A stretch of 64,000 bases of DNA, from NCBI GenBank assembly GCA_013265495.1, contig MU057701.1:682001-746000 (forward strand), written 5' to 3'. Positions 62,986-64,000 of this stretch are shown in pieces (the stretch's first letter is position 1; every line of letters starts with the position of its first letter). This stretch comes from Vicugna vicugna (lineage: Eukaryota). The translations under genes and the position numbers were made by a program. The notes under the pieces were generated by a model that had not been told where the DNA came from, did not search any database, and worked only from the letters and a program-made list of their open reading frames with translations.

Positions 62986-63262
62986 TGTCTTTTTAAACAA
63001 CTATTTGCAGTTTGAAAAAGTTCACTAATCTCAACTTGTTAAGCAATGGCTAGCATCCAATTCCTATAAGAGACTGTTGTTGGTTCAGTGTATTAATATC
63101 TCTTTTTGAGTGTTCATGTGATGAAGGTCAAGCCCAGACAAAGAAGTTCTCTGATTTATTTAGATGTTCAGTGCTTCCTCTAGTTCAGAAACATTGACTG
63201 GCTACTACACAAAGAAAAGTATAAGGAATTGCATTTAATTGAATAAACAAACATGACTTTGC

Positions 63263-63417
63263 AGGGAAATGTATGCTCAGTGGATAGAGTACATGCTTAG
63301 CATGCACAAGGTCCTGGGTGCAATCCCCAGTACCTCCATTAAAATAACTAAATAAATAAACTTAATTACCTCCTCCTCTCCAAAAAGGAAAAAAAAAAAG
63401 GCAACAACAAAAAAAAA
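63263..63417 (+). mobile_element. tRNA-derived SINE, camelid-type (Vic-1-like)
   Basis: gtatgctcagtggatagagtacatgcttagcatgcacaaggtcctgggtgcaatccccagtacctccattaaaata...taattacctc plus an A-rich tail; homologous to 22950-23063. Confidence 0.85.
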
Positions 63418-64000
63418 TCACTTTTAGCCATTTTGTTTTCAAGCTTTTAGTGATAAGACACATTGAATGCATCTTTACTTGAGGATTTCCTGAAAACCAG
63501 CATATGTGTGCCAACAAGGTTTTTTCTTTTGGTTTTGGTGTTTTTTTGTTTTGGGTTTTTTTTTTTTTTTTTTTGCTTGTTTTTTAACCAAGAGAGAATC
63601 AAAGTGAGAACTTGAGCTCACCGTTATTTCAGAATCAGTGATTTCCTGATTCTGACTGAACCTTGGGAAGGACAGAGCAGAGTCTTTCCAAAGTCTTTCA
63701 TCTAACTTCTTGGAAAGAATGTGATGATCGATTGCACATGTGCTCCAAAAAAGGAAGGTAACGGTCTGTGCGTCATCCTCTCTTGAGCCTCATGAGAGCC
63801 ATTCCTGAGGAACAGAGAATTCTCAAGGAGAATGACTGACCATTTCTCACACATAATGACGAGATAAAAAACTGACCCTCAAGTGAGCCTGGAACCTGAC
63901 TGCAGCCTTGATTTTTTTTGTTGTTGTCATTGGTGTGCGTTTACGTTAAACTTTCTATTTTGAAATAATTATGGTTTCAACGAGAGTTACAAAGAAATGT

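Noticed and set aside
63263..63340. tRNA-like sequence (also at 22985-23060)
   Set aside because: A/B boxes are present but there is no intact cloverleaf, and a SINE body and A-tail follow, so these are SINEs rather than tRNA genes.
63720..63810. Possible C/D box snoRNA (GTGATGA ... CTGA)
   Set aside because: No terminal stem, no evident rRNA guide, and it lies outside an intron among LTR-like fragments.

Overview
Mammalian genomic DNA, most likely a camelid, inferred from two tRNA-derived SINEs resembling the camelid-specific family. It holds the 3' half of PITPNC1 (RdgB-beta, cytoplasmic phosphatidylinositol transfer protein 1) on the + strand: three constitutive coding exons (17466-17561, 39735-39890, 42681-42744), a 119-nt cassette exon (51412-51530), and a terminal exon from 55266 with a ~4.3 kb 3' UTR ending near AATAAA at 59895. 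Skipping the cassette gives the long 332-aa form with the PEST/14-3-3 tail; including it gives the short 268-aa form. The rest is intron or downstream DNA full of L1, L2, MIR, MER20/MER5, MaLR, ERVL and ERV1 LTR relics, so nearly all ORF-track entries are spurious. The most notable observation is that the cassette exon's reading frame stays open past its splice donor. It runs exactly 104 codons from MTMD, the same length as the terminal-exon frame, shows weak motif similarity to it, and is followed by an intronic AATAAA. This suggests a duplicated terminal exon and a possible third C-terminal isoform. The same intron carries a UGCAUG cluster, a strong CTCF motif and a (UAG)14 tract. Repeat family names and exon numbers come from recalled consensus sequences, not from a search.
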